Of a stretch of DNA of 64,000 nucleotides, positions 24,223 to 33,690 are shown one piece after another. Source of the stretch: Alphaproteobacteria bacterium (GTDB lineage Bacteria > Pseudomonadota > Alphaproteobacteria > GCA-2731375); the NCBI GenBank assembly GCA_965232515.1, contig CBDDPY010000002.1:6144001-6208000 (forward strand), read 5' to 3'. The notes below the pieces were generated by a model, which saw nothing but the letters and a program-made list of their open reading frames with translations, did not search any database and was not told the DNA's origin. Positions within the stretch are counted from its first letter, which is position 1, and each line of letters starts with the position of its first letter. The position numbers and the translations under genes were made by a program.

Positions 24223-24969
24223 CTAGATTACGGATTTGGCGATCAGAACGACGGAACTCGTCGCGGCGATGACGAGCATCAGATTGCGGGCCATCCTGTC
24301 AGAGATTAAGCCGCGGCATAGGCGTGCGAGCACATAGCCCGCGATCAGGCCCGGTATGAGTGACAGGCCGAGAAGAAACTCAAGCTTTCCGAACAGATTC
24401 TCCGCATAGAGCGACGCCAGCGACAGAACGCTGCCAATCACGAATATCAAGGCGATTGTCGCGTGCGCCCGGGCCGGCTCCGCCCGTTGATAGAGAACGG
24501 CGAGCGGCGGGCCGTGAATGCCGGAAAGAGTACCCATGAGCCCCGCGCAGAAGCCGCCCACGCCGGATGCGGTGCGGGACTGACGCGGTGCGAAACCGAA
24601 CTGCCCGAGGACGATCGCCGTCAGCACAATGCCACCGAAGGCCAGCCCGAAGGACGATGGCGAAAGCGCGCCGAGCAAAAGCGCGCCCGCGACCGTTCCG
24701 ACACAAAGTCCGGGCAAGAGCGTTGCCAAGCCGTTCTTGTCGATATGGCGCCGCGCCTTCGCGACCATGGCGAGGGACAAAAACAGCATCACGAACAACG
24801 ACGGTCCGGGTGCATAGGTCGGATCGATGAGCACCAGCAGCGGCACCGCGATCATGGCGAATCCGATGCCGGCCGATGCCTGCACGAAGCCCGCAACGAC
24901 GACGATGAGATTTGCCAGCAGAATTTCGAACATCGTGCCGGTCGGCATCGCGGCAAGCGATACGATCAT
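24223..24969 (-). CDS. TauE/SafE family sulfite exporter
   Basis: GFVQASAGIGFAMIAVP, GIHGPPLA; ATGA overlap with the upstream lyase gene. Confidence 0.85.
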   Translation of the reverse strand: MIVSLAAMPTGTMFEILLANLIVVVAGFVQASAGIGFAMIAVPLLVLIDPTYAPGPSLFVMLFLSLAMVAKARRHIDKNGLATLLPGLCVGTVAGALLLGALSPSSFGLAFGGIVLTAIVLGQFGFAPRQSRTASGVGGFCAGLMGTLSGIHGPPLAVLYQRAEPARAHATIALIFVIGSVLSLASLYAENLFGKLEFLLGLSLIPGLIAGYVLARLCRGLISDRMARNLMLVIAATSSVVLIAKSVI

Positions 24970-26003
24970 GAATGCGTTGATCCGGCCAACTGGTCGGCGT
25001 AACCGAACAGCGCCGGTTGGCCACCGGTATGCCAGAACAAGATTCGCCGGCCTGCAAGCCCGCTCGTCCGTGCCAGCTCGATCAGGCCGGCCATCGTCTT
25101 GCCGGTATAGACCGGGTCGAGAAACAGGCCCTCGCGCTGCGCCGTCCGTTCGATCGCATCCGTCGTGGCGTCGTTGAGCCTGCCGTATCCGGGCGCGAGC
25201 GTGCCGTCGAACATCCTGATGTCAGCCTCGCCGACCGCTACCTGCAGTCCGGTCAGATTGCCGAGATCGTCAGCACGTTGCGCAACACGCGCTGCTTGGG
25301 CCGTTGCGCCACGGCGCACGCAGATGCCGCGCACCGGGATATCCAGACCGAGCGCGCGCAGACCGTACAGCAAACCGGTGTGGGTGAGCGCGCTTCCCGA
25401 GGCGACGATGATCTCGTCCAGCGCCTCGATCGTCGCAAGTTGGGCGGCAAGCTCCTTGGCGGCCAGAACATAGCCCAACGCGCCCAACGGTGGACGGTCC
25501 GCCGCCAGCGGGATGACGTAGGGGCGCTGGCCACGCGACCTCAGCTCGCCGGCAAGCGCCGCCACGGCGGCGTCGGCGCCGGCCTCGTCCTCGCCCTCGG
25601 GATAGCTGTGCAGCACCGCGCCCAACAGCCGGTCGAGCAGCACGTTGCCATTACTTCGGTATACGTCGCTGACATCCGGGACGCGCTCCTCGAGCTGGAT
25701 GTGACAGGCCATGCCGAACCGACGCGCCATGGCCGCGGCCGTGCGGACGAAGTTCGACTGGACGGCGCTGGTGATCAGAATGGTATCGGCCTGTTCGGCC
25801 AGCGCCGCGCCGAGATAGAACTCGAGCTGGCGCACCTTGTTGCCGCCAAACGCCAGCCCGGTACAGTCGTCGCGCTTCACATACAAGTCGAGTCCCAGCT
25901 CGGCGCCGAGATTGGCCAGCGGTTCGAGCGGCGTGGGCGTATGGGCCGCCCGCGCGCGCGGAAACGGGCGCAACGCCCTGTCGATAAGGTCAAGTTCGGC
26001 CAT
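24966..26003 (-). CDS. PLP-dependent D-cysteine desulfhydrase / cysteate sulfo-lyase family protein
   Basis: PTPLE, KRDD..GGNKVRQLE, QSNF, DPVYTGK, HTGG; start placed at MAELDL. Confidence 0.88.
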   Translation of the reverse strand: MAELDLIDRALRPFPRARAAHTPTPLEPLANLGAELGLDLYVKRDDCTGLAFGGNKVRQLEFYLGAALAEQADTILITSAVQSNFVRTAAAMARRFGMACHIQLEERVPDVSDVYRSNGNVLLDRLLGAVLHSYPEGEDEAGADAAVAALAGELRSRGQRPYVIPLAADRPPLGALGYVLAAKELAAQLATIEALDEIIVASGSALTHTGLLYGLRALGLDIPVRGICVRRGATAQAARVAQRADDLGNLTGLQVAVGEADIRMFDGTLAPGYGRLNDATTDAIERTAQREGLFLDPVYTGKTMAGLIELARTSGLAGRRILFWHTGGQPALFGYADQLAGSTHS

Positions 26004-26066
26004 GGCGAAAACTCCGTTGCGTCCGGGGCGCTTTCTGGTCGACGCAAACGTCGCTACCTTGCGGCC

Positions 26067-27092
26067 ATGAATCAAGAACGCATTGCCGAGCTCGAGCGCC
26101 GATTGGCGCGCCACCCGCGTGTAGGTCTGGCGCGGCTGCCGACGCCGCTCGAGCCATTAACGCGGCTGACGGAACACCTCGGCGGGCCGCGGCTGTGGGT
26201 GAAGCGCGAGGACGAGACCGGTCTCGGCTTCGGTGGCAACAAGCTGCGCAAGCTCGATTTCGTCCTGCGCGAGGCGATCGATGCCGGCGCCGACACGCTG
26301 GTGTCCGGCGGCGTGGTGCAGTCGAACAGCCAGCGGCAGGTCGCGGCGGCAGCGGCGAAGCTGGGGCTCGGCTGTCATCTCGCCGTCTATCACGGCCGGG
26401 TGGCGCCGCCGACCGCTACCTATGAGACGTCGGGGAACGCGCTGCTGAACCGGCTCTACGGCGCGGTGCTGCACGACATCCCCTGGACCGGCGACCGCAA
26501 CGGCGCGATCCGCGATCTGGCCGACCGGCTCTCGGCCGAGGGACGCCGTCCGTTCGTCGTGCCCTATGGCGTGTCGGATGGGCTCGGCGCGGTCGGCTAT
26601 GCGTCGACGATGGCCGAGATCGCCCGACAATGCGACGCATTGGGCTTTACACCGCACGCTGTGGTGCATTGCTCGGGTAGCGGCGGCACCCAGGCGGGTC
26701 TGGTGCTGGGCGCGTCGGTGGCCCTGCCGCAGGTCGACATCGTTGGCATCGACATTGACGCCGAGCCCGAACGCGTGCGCGACGATGTCTGCCGCTATGG
26801 CGCGGCGGGCGCTGATTTGCTCGATGTGGCGTTCGCGGCCGACCGCGTCGAGGTCGTCGCCGGCCATGCCGGTCCTGCCTACGGCGTGCCGCACGCGGCG
26901 ACCGCCGACGCCATCAGGCTCGCCGGACGGCTCGAAGCGCTGGCGCTCGATCCGGTCTATTCGGGCAAGGGTTTGGCGGGTTTGATCGCGCTGATCGGCG
27001 AGGGCCGTTGGACGCCGGACGACGACGTCGTCTTCATCCATACCGGCGGCGCGCCGTCGCTGTTCGCCTACGAGGCGGCGCTGGCGCTGTGA
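26067..27092 (+). CDS. PLP-dependent D-cysteine desulfhydrase family protein (paralog)
   Basis: PTPLE, KRED..GGNKLRKL, GSGGTQAG, DPVYSGK, HTGG; start placed at MNQERI. Confidence 0.88.
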   Translation: MNQERIAELERRLARHPRVGLARLPTPLEPLTRLTEHLGGPRLWVKREDETGLGFGGNKLRKLDFVLREAIDAGADTLVSGGVVQSNSQRQVAAAAAKLGLGCHLAVYHGRVAPPTATYETSGNALLNRLYGAVLHDIPWTGDRNGAIRDLADRLSAEGRRPFVVPYGVSDGLGAVGYASTMAEIARQCDALGFTPHAVVHCSGSGGTQAGLVLGASVALPQVDIVGIDIDAEPERVRDDVCRYGAAGADLLDVAFAADRVEVVAGHAGPAYGVPHAATADAIRLAGRLEALALDPVYSGKGLAGLIALIGEGRWTPDDDVVFIHTGGAPSLFAYEAALAL

Positions 27093-27658
27093 GCCCGACT
27101 TCGCAACCCAGGTTCGAGGCGGTCGACCCCGACCGCTGGGACGACCTCGCGCGCCTGTTCGAGTCGCGTGGCAGCCCGCATTATTGCTGGTGCATGGCCT
27201 GGCGAGAGAAGCCGCCCGGATTCAAGCAAGCCGACGCCAAGGACCGGAAGGCCATGCTGAAGGCGGCCATGTGCCAGCGCGTCGCCGACGGCGTGCCGGT
27301 CGGCATCCTTGGCTATCGCGGCGACGAGCCGATCGCCTGGTGCTCGATTGCGCCGCGCGCGACCTATCGGTCGCTGGGCGGACCTGCCGAACCGGGAGCC
27401 GAGGACGCGGTCTGGTCGGTCGCCTGTTTCTTCGTCAAGCGCGCCTATCGCGGCGAGGGCATGATGCACCGGTTGCTGGAAGCCGCCACTGCCCACGCCC
27501 GCCGGCAAGGCGCCCGGATCGTCGAGGCCTATCCGGTCGATCGGGATTCGCCGAGCTACCGGTACATGGGCGTCGTCGATATCTTCCAACGCGCTGGCTT
27601 CGAGCGTGTCGGCACAGCCGGCAGCCGGCGCCACGTCGTGCGCCTTGCGCTCGACTAA
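27089..27658 (+). CDS. GNAT family N-acetyltransferase
   Basis: CWCMAWR, WSVACFFVKRAYRGEG, VEAYPVD; GTG start overlaps the upstream stop. Confidence 0.85.
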   Translation: MSPTSQPRFEAVDPDRWDDLARLFESRGSPHYCWCMAWREKPPGFKQADAKDRKAMLKAAMCQRVADGVPVGILGYRGDEPIAWCSIAPRATYRSLGGPAEPGAEDAVWSVACFFVKRAYRGEGMMHRLLEAATAHARRQGARIVEAYPVDRDSPSYRYMGVVDIFQRAGFERVGTAGSRRHVVRLALD

Positions 27659-27670
27659 CCCGCCACGGGC

Positions 27671-29386
27671 CTATCCTGACGGCCAGCGGACGCGGCGACT
27701 GGTGGGGAAGCCGTGCATGCCATTGCTGGCGAAGGCGTAGGCGTTCGAGCGCAGCGGATCGCCGCTGACGACCAGCAGGATGTCGGTCGCGCGTTCGACG
27801 ATGGGCACCAGACGGGCGGGGTCATCGTTCTCCGCGAAGATTGGGGCTGCCTTGCCGGCCGCGACCAGATCGTTGAGCGTCGGCCGGCCGGGCACCAGGT
27901 TCGACCAAGGGCCGATATAGGTCTCGAGCTTCTCGGCCGGCAGGCGGGCGTGCCGGAACAGGCCGTCGCGCACATCGGCCTTGGTCAGGCCGGCGCGGGT
28001 CAGCGTCCGCGCCACCATCGGGCTCAACACCAACAGCGGGCGGTAGGTGCCGGGCGCGAAGCCGGCGGTGAAGACGAACTCCCAGCTGGTCTGCCGCACC
28101 AGGCCGTCGGCGAGGTAGGCCAGGATTTGCTCGGGATCCTTGCCGTAGATCGACCCGACCGTGCCGCCGGCGGTGAAGCGGCCGATGGTGACGACGCTGT
28201 CGTCGGGCGCGAAGCCGCGGTCGGTCCCGAAGGTCGGCCAGCCGAGCGCGGCCGCCGCCGGCTCGTGCTCGGCCAGCACGACCCGGAAGGTATGGCCGAA
28301 GGTGCTCTTGTCGGCCGCGCCCGGCAGGAAGCCGGCGACGTTGCGTTGGAACAGACGCAGAAACCGGCCGACGCTGGTGTTGGCGCGATAACCGTCCCGC
28401 AGCGCGCCGTTCTCGCAATTGAAGCCGAGCCGGCCAATGGCGGGGCCGCTCAATATGACCAACGCGTCGCCGCCCGTGGTGTCGCCGCTGTGCTCGATGC
28501 CGTAGCCGGGATCGGCCAGCACCTCGGCGATGGCGACCAGCACCGGCATGTATTCGGGCCGGCAGTTCGCCATGACGCCGTTGACGGCGACATTCATGAC
28601 GGTGGCGGCGGCGCCCGAGGGCTGCAGCACGCCGATTACGCGGTCGGGCGCGTCGTCAGTCTGCGCGAGGAACGCGGCCACGCGGTTCCGCGTGGGCGGC
28701 ACGATGGGCAGGCCGTCGCTCCACTGCTTTTCCTCGAAGATCCGGTTGATCTCGTCGAACGCGCCGCGCGCGACGATGCCGTCGCTCGTGGTCGGCGCCG
28801 GTTCGTTTCGGGGTGTTGGCGTTTCCGTCAGGCAGCGGACCACATCGGCGACGGTGACGGCCTCAACATTGCGTGTGAGTTCGTCGTCACCCTGGCCGTC
28901 GACATGGCCGACAAGGCGGGCGACCGGCAGATCGGCGATGCCGAGGCCGCCGCAGATCGCGCCGGCCTGGCCGATGAAACCGTCGCAGACCAGGGACGCC
29001 GTGGGAATGCCGGCCTTTTCGACAACCGCGCTTGCCCGCATCACGGCGGGCGTGCACGCGCCTCAGCAGCCGACGCCGGAAACGACCGCGTCTATGCCAT
29101 GTTCGCGCAGGCGGTCGGGCAGGGCCGCCAGCACCGCGTGCTCGTCGCCGCCGAAGGTCGACCCGAAGGCCTCGTGGCCGACGAAGCGCACATCCTTGGC
29201 CGAGGCTGCAAGGGCGTCGGCGATGACCGGGAAGATCTCGTCGCCGCGGAACATATCGTCCCAGACAAAGGCGATGGTCTTGCCGTCGAGCGAAGATGGT
29301 CGCGGCGCCGGCGGTACGGCCGGTACGGCCAGCGCGCCGCCCGGCCACAGGGCGGCGAATTCTTCAGACGATGTCGGATCGCTCAT
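27671..29386 (-). CDS. UGSC-family selenoprotein (Sec at in-frame UGA 29063-29065) fused to a C-terminal WSDGLP-type domain
   Basis: ORFs 29063-29416 and 27671-29044 are in one frame: TCC GGC GTC GGC TGC TGA GGC GCG TGC ACG CCC = S-G-V-G-C-U-G-A-C-T-P; SECIS-like hairpin follows; start 29386 or 29416. Confidence 0.82.
29027..29062 (-). promoter_or_regulatory. Putative bacterial SECIS element
   Basis: After the UGA: GGCGCGTGCAC-GCCCGC-CGTGAT-GCGGGC-AAGCGCG; apical loop starts 17 nt after the UGA with G in its second position. Confidence 0.7.
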
Positions 29387-29412
29387 TGGCGTCTCCTTGG
29401 GCTTGGCGACAG

Positions 29413-30198
29413 TCACGCCGCGCGGCTGCCGAGCAGGCCGCCGTCGGTCAGCGGCTCGATCGGCCCTAGGTCCCGGTGGTGCTTATGGTCGGGGCGGGCG
29501 GTCTTGCGGTAGGCGTTCGAGACCGGATTGACGATCAGCGAGAAGATCGCCCGGTCCCAGGGCGACATGTTCACGGGCGATCCGTGCAGCAGCGTGTCGA
29601 CGAAGATCAGCGCCGTGCCCTTCTTGCCGGTCGCGGCGACGATACCGTGCGTGTCAGCAAGGTCTCGGACCAGCGGCTCGTCGACGACCCAGAGCGGATA
29701 GCTGGTCGTTTCCTCATCGAGCCTGGTTTCGTGGCTGCCGTAGGCGTGCGAGCCGGGGATGAAGTAGAGCGGTCCGTTCAGGTCGGTGACGTCGTCGAGA
29801 AACACATGCAGGTTGAGCGCCAGGGGTTGCGGAACGCCGTCCTCGGCGTGGTGGGTGGCGAAATCGTAGTGCCACTGCCAGACCTCGCCGGAAAAGGCCG
29901 CCTTGACGTTGACCTTGACCTGCTGAACGTAGAGCGGCTCGGGGCGGATCTGCCGGGCCGGTTCGATCAGGCGCGGGTCGCGGACCAGCCTGGCATAGAG
30001 ATCGTCCCGCAGATGCAGGCCCATGGCCGTGCGCACGGCGCCAGACGCCCGCTCGACGATGTTGCCGGGATGACCGTCGGCGAACAGCGCCGGCAGCCGC
30101 GCCGCGAGCGCGTCGGCCTCGGTCTCGGAAAACAGGTCGGGCAGGATCAGAAAGCCCTGCCGTTCCAGGCGCTGCAGTTCCGTGGCCGAGAGTTTCAT
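29413..30198 (-). CDS. Fe(II)/2-oxoglutarate dioxygenase, PhyH family (EctD-like)
   Basis: WQWHYDF (HxD), NGPLYFIPGSH, LLHGS..N..R; start placed at MKLS. Confidence 0.88.
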   Translation of the reverse strand: MKLSATELQRLERQGFLILPDLFSETEADALAARLPALFADGHPGNIVERASGAVRTAMGLHLRDDLYARLVRDPRLIEPARQIRPEPLYVQQVKVNVKAAFSGEVWQWHYDFATHHAEDGVPQPLALNLHVFLDDVTDLNGPLYFIPGSHAYGSHETRLDEETTSYPLWVVDEPLVRDLADTHGIVAATGKKGTALIFVDTLLHGSPVNMSPWDRAIFSLIVNPVSNAYRKTARPDHKHHRDLGPIEPLTDGGLLGSRAA

Positions 30199-30308
30199 GG
30201 GGCTGACCCTTGCCTTGTCGATCAGGTGCGACGGACTTGATTTTCCCGACATGTCTTGCGCAAATCAAATCATCGCTGCTATTCGCTGGGATAGAAATTC
30301 TATACCTT

Positions 30309-31196
30309 ATGAAACGCCGACTACCGCCGCTCAACGCCATTCGCGCCTTCGAGGCGGCCGCCGAGCATGAAAGCTTCGCGGTCGCGGCGGGCGAGTTGGG
30401 CGTGACCAAGGGCGCGGTCAGCCAGCAGGTCCGCGCGCTGGAGGACTATCTCGGATCGCCGTTGTTCGAGCGCCAGGCGCGGGGCCTGCGCCTGACCGAC
30501 GCCGGCCGGCAGTATCATTCGGCCGTGCGCAGCAGCCTCAATACCCTGGAGCGGGCGACCGCGCGCTTCGTGCCGCCGCAGACGCGGGCGACGCTGAAGC
30601 TCAGTGTGCTGCCGGCCTTCGCCTCGATGTGGCTGGTACCGCGTTTCACCGCGTTCCAGGCCCGGTACCCGGGCATTGACGTGCAGCTGTCGGCCAATGC
30701 CGAGATCGTCGACTTCGATCGCACCGACGTGCAGGTCGGCATCCGCTACGGCGCCGGCGGCATGACCGGCGGCGGTGTGCATTCGCTGGGGCTCGACAGA
30801 CTGTTTCCGGTCTGCGCGCCGGCCTATGCCGACGCCCAGGGGTTGCGCACGCCGGCCGACCTGGCCGACTGCCGCTTGCTGCATGACACCTATTGGCAGG
30901 ACGACTGGCACCGCTGGGCCGAGGCGGCGGGTGTCGAGCTGCCGAACCGGCACACGGGTCAGTATTTCACGCACTACAGCATGGCCGCGGATGCCGCGCG
31001 GGCCGGGGCCGGCGTGCTGATCGGCCATGAACGCCTGCTGGCGCCGGCGCTTGCATCAGGCGAGTTGGTGCGCTTGCCCGGTCCGGAGATCGAGGCGGCG
31101 GACGCCTATTACGTGGTCTATCCGCGGCGGTGCGCGCACGTCGCCGCGGTCAACGACTTCGTCGCCTGGCTTCGCGACGCTTTTGAAGTTTCCTAG
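30309..31196 (+). CDS. LysR family regulator (GcvA-like)
   Basis: LPPLNAIRAFEAAA..SFAVAAGELGVTKGAVSQQVRALE; divergent from the dioxygenase/selenoprotein genes. Confidence 0.93.
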   Translation: MKRRLPPLNAIRAFEAAAEHESFAVAAGELGVTKGAVSQQVRALEDYLGSPLFERQARGLRLTDAGRQYHSAVRSSLNTLERATARFVPPQTRATLKLSVLPAFASMWLVPRFTAFQARYPGIDVQLSANAEIVDFDRTDVQVGIRYGAGGMTGGGVHSLGLDRLFPVCAPAYADAQGLRTPADLADCRLLHDTYWQDDWHRWAEAAGVELPNRHTGQYFTHYSMAADAARAGAGVLIGHERLLAPALASGELVRLPGPEIEAADAYYVVYPRRCAHVAAVNDFVAWLRDAFEVS

Positions 31197-31744
31197 TTGG
31201 CGACCTTGATCAGGCGACCCTTGGCCGTGCGAACCGGCTCGCCGTCGACGGCGCGGACGAATTCGAGCTCCATGCCGGTGCCGGACAGCGTCCGGCGATA
31301 GACCTGGACCTCGTAGCCGCCGTCGGGATTGATCTGCAGCGCATTCACCACCAGCGTGCGTTCGCGGATGTGGGCCCAGATATAGGGGACGCCGCTGGTC
31401 AGCGGATCGCGCGCATCGACCGAGCGCCAGACACCGGGCCGTTCGGCGCGAAACTGCACGGTGGTCGATTTCAACTCCTCGGCCGGGTTGTTGGGGTCGC
31501 CCTTCTGGCGCTGCACCGTGTTCCAGGTCAGCGTGAAGCCGTCGCCCGACGGCTTGACCGTGACGCCGATGTCGCGGCTGGTGAGCTGGAAATAGAGGCT
31601 GATGGCGCTTTCGGATACGGCGTTGCCCTGCCACTGTCCGAAAAACGCCGCAATGTTGAGATCCGCCGCCCGCGCCGGCCCGGCGACAACAACAACAGTG
31701 AAAACAGTACCAACGAACCTACGAAGCCAACCCTTCGGACGCAT
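31193..31744 (-). CDS. Exported hypothetical protein (predicted beta-rich)
   Basis: Signal peptide ending ARA; FFGQWQG. Confidence 0.75.
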   Translation of the reverse strand: MRPKGWLRRFVGTVFTVVVVAGPARAADLNIAAFFGQWQGNAVSESAISLYFQLTSRDIGVTVKPSGDGFTLTWNTVQRQKGDPNNPAEELKSTTVQFRAERPGVWRSVDARDPLTSGVPYIWAHIRERTLVVNALQINPDGGYEVQVYRRTLSGTGMELEFVRAVDGEPVRTAKGRLIKVAN

Positions 31745-32049
31745 TGCAGCCCCACGCTCTGTTACGACCCCGGCCGGAGTGTAGCCGATGGCGGAGCCAG
31801 CGGACAGTCGTCGATCAAGTAGCTCATGCAATGCGGGACAGCAGATTCGCTCGTTGACGCGCGATATCTGATCTTACCGGATTCACGATCCGTTACTTTT
31901 GCCCGCGACCATACATGTGTCGGAATGGTGACACGGCGAAGAATAGTCGACGCCGAACACCTTGACGCTATTGCAATTGCGGGACGGAATATTGCATCTT
32001 CTTGATGGCTGATCTGGGATTGATTTTAGATTGAGATCAGGGGGTAGGC

Positions 32050-33555
32050 GTGGCACTACGGCGGTTGTGGCGTGCCTTGGCGCTGGGCAAAGTGCAGCGG
32101 CGTTCGCTGCCTACCTGCGCCCTGCTTGCTGCCACCGCATTTGCGACCGCTGCCGACGCGCAGGTGTATGTCGATCCCAGCGTTCTGAACGACTTGCAGA
32201 GCCGGTTGGATGCGCAGGAGCGCATGCTGGAGCGGCAGCGCCTCGAGATGGAGCAGCAGCGACGCCAGCTGGAGCTGCTGCGCAGCCAGATCCTGCAACG
32301 GCAACAACTCGATCAAATCCGTGGCGCCGGTCTGCCCCCCGCTCAGCCTTACGTTCAGCGGCCGATTCCGGCCGTGCCTGGCGCCGGGATTCAGACGACC
32401 CAGGCCGCGCCGCGGCCCGTCGCGCCGGTGCCGGTAGCGCCGCAACCCGTGGCGCCGCAGCCGGTCGCCCCTCGACCCGCGGCGCCGCAGCCTGTCGCGC
32501 CGCAGCCTGTCGCGCCGCAGCCTGTCGCCCCGCAGCCCGTCGCACCGCAGCCAGTCGCGCCGGAAACACCCCAGCCGGTCGAGACGCCACCGGTGGAGGC
32601 GCCCGCGCCAGCGGCACCGACCGAGACCGCATCCACCGAGCGCGAGCCGGATCAGGGCGAGCAGTTATTGTTGGAGGCGGGCGGCATCCTGCTGCGGCCC
32701 GGCCGGCTGCAGATCGAGCCGAGCCTGGAGTACTCGCATTTCTCCAGCGACCGCGTGGTGATCGCCGGCTTCACGATCTTCGAGGCCATCATCATCGGCA
32801 CGATCCGGGTCGACGACCTGGAGCGCGATATCCTGACGGCCGGCCTGACGGCACGATACGGTCTGACCCGCCGCCTGCAGATCGAGGCGCGGGTTCCTTA
32901 CACATATCGGCGCGACGACGAAATTCTCGGCGTCGGCACGGCCGACCAGGAAGACCGCCAGATCAGCGCCGACGGCATCGGCGATATCGAGGGCACGATC
33001 TCTTACCAGGCGCTGTTCCGGCGCGGTTGGATTCCAGACGCGATCGTCCGGGTGCGCGGCAAGGCCCGCAACGGGCGCGACCCATTCGACGTTGATCGCG
33101 AGACCACGACCGGCGGTACCGTGCGTCTGGACGAACCGCCGATCGGCAGCGGCTTCTTCGCGGTGTCGCCCGGCGCGACCTTTGTCTGGCGGACCGATCC
33201 GGTGGTGTTCTTCACTGGCGGCAGCTACACCTTCAACCTGGAGCGCGATTTCGGCGAGGAGTTCGGCGAGATCGATCCGGGCGACTCGATCCAGTATTTC
33301 GGCGGTATGAATATCGCGCTCAGTGATCGCGCCGCGATCAACTTCTCGTTCATCAACGAGTTCACGATGAAGACCAAGCAGGGCGACGTGAAGGTGCCCG
33401 GCACGGACACCAATGACGCCCGTGTCGTGCTGGGCGCGTCCGTGGGCCTGACGCAGAACATGTCGCTGCTGGTGTCGGCCGCGGCCGGGCTGACCGACGA
33501 GTCGCCCGACTTCCAGTTCACGGTCAGCGTGCCGATCAATTTCGATTTGTTCTAA
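32050..33555 (+). CDS. FapF-like outer-membrane amyloid secretion channel
   Basis: Signal peptide, coiled coil (LNDLQSRLDAQERMLERQ), Pro-rich linker, then barrel (GILLRPGRLQIEPSLEY, GIGDIEG, GLTDESPDFQFTVSVP) ending in Phe; beside Fap-type subunit genes. Confidence 0.82.
   Translation: MALRRLWRALALGKVQRRSLPTCALLAATAFATAADAQVYVDPSVLNDLQSRLDAQERMLERQRLEMEQQRRQLELLRSQILQRQQLDQIRGAGLPPAQPYVQRPIPAVPGAGIQTTQAAPRPVAPVPVAPQPVAPQPVAPRPAAPQPVAPQPVAPQPVAPQPVAPQPVAPETPQPVETPPVEAPAPAAPTETASTEREPDQGEQLLLEAGGILLRPGRLQIEPSLEYSHFSSDRVVIAGFTIFEAIIIGTIRVDDLERDILTAGLTARYGLTRRLQIEARVPYTYRRDDEILGVGTADQEDRQISADGIGDIEGTISYQALFRRGWIPDAIVRVRGKARNGRDPFDVDRETTTGGTVRLDEPPIGSGFFAVSPGATFVWRTDPVVFFTGGSYTFNLERDFGEEFGEIDPGDSIQYFGGMNIALSDRAAINFSFINEFTMKTKQGDVKVPGTDTNDARVVLGASVGLTQNMSLLVSAAAGLTDESPDFQFTVSVPINFDLF
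32407..32556 (+). repeat. 10 x 15-bp tandem repeat encoding (APQPV)n
   Basis: Units such as GCGCCGCAGCCTGTC; units 6-8 identical; in frame. Confidence 0.95.
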
Positions 33556-33580
33556 GGCGCGGCAGCCCAATCTTCTGACC

Positions 33581-33666
33581 GTCATGCTGGCGTAGGCCAG
33601 CATCCACTGGCCGCGCAACACATTTGCGAGTCGACAAACTTGGATCCTGGCCTGCGCCAGGATGAC
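33581..33666. repeat. Inverted pair of REP-like elements (REPIN-like)
   Basis: GTCATGCTGGCGTAGGCCAGCATCCA (33581-33606) and TGGATCCTGGCCTGCGCCAGGATGAC (33641-33666) between convergent genes. Confidence 0.75.
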
Positions 33667-33690
33667 GAACGGGTCAGGCGTATCGGCGGT

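Noticed and set aside
25017-26066. Apparent 350-aa N-terminal extension of the plus-strand desulfhydrase
   Set aside because: Antisense to the minus-strand paralog; family similarity begins at ATG 26067.
29063-29065. Nonsense mutation/pseudogene reading of the TGA
   Set aside because: Its position in a UxxC motif with a correctly spaced hairpin favours selenocysteine, pending a check for Sec machinery.
31917-31934. GTGTC-N8-GACAC inverted repeat upstream of the FapF-like gene as another operator box
   Set aside because: Only weak similarity to CCYCATTTGGGR; cannot be supported by eye.
32407-32556. Regular repeats as a possible CRISPR array
   Set aside because: No spacers; it is an in-frame coding tandem repeat and there are no cas genes.
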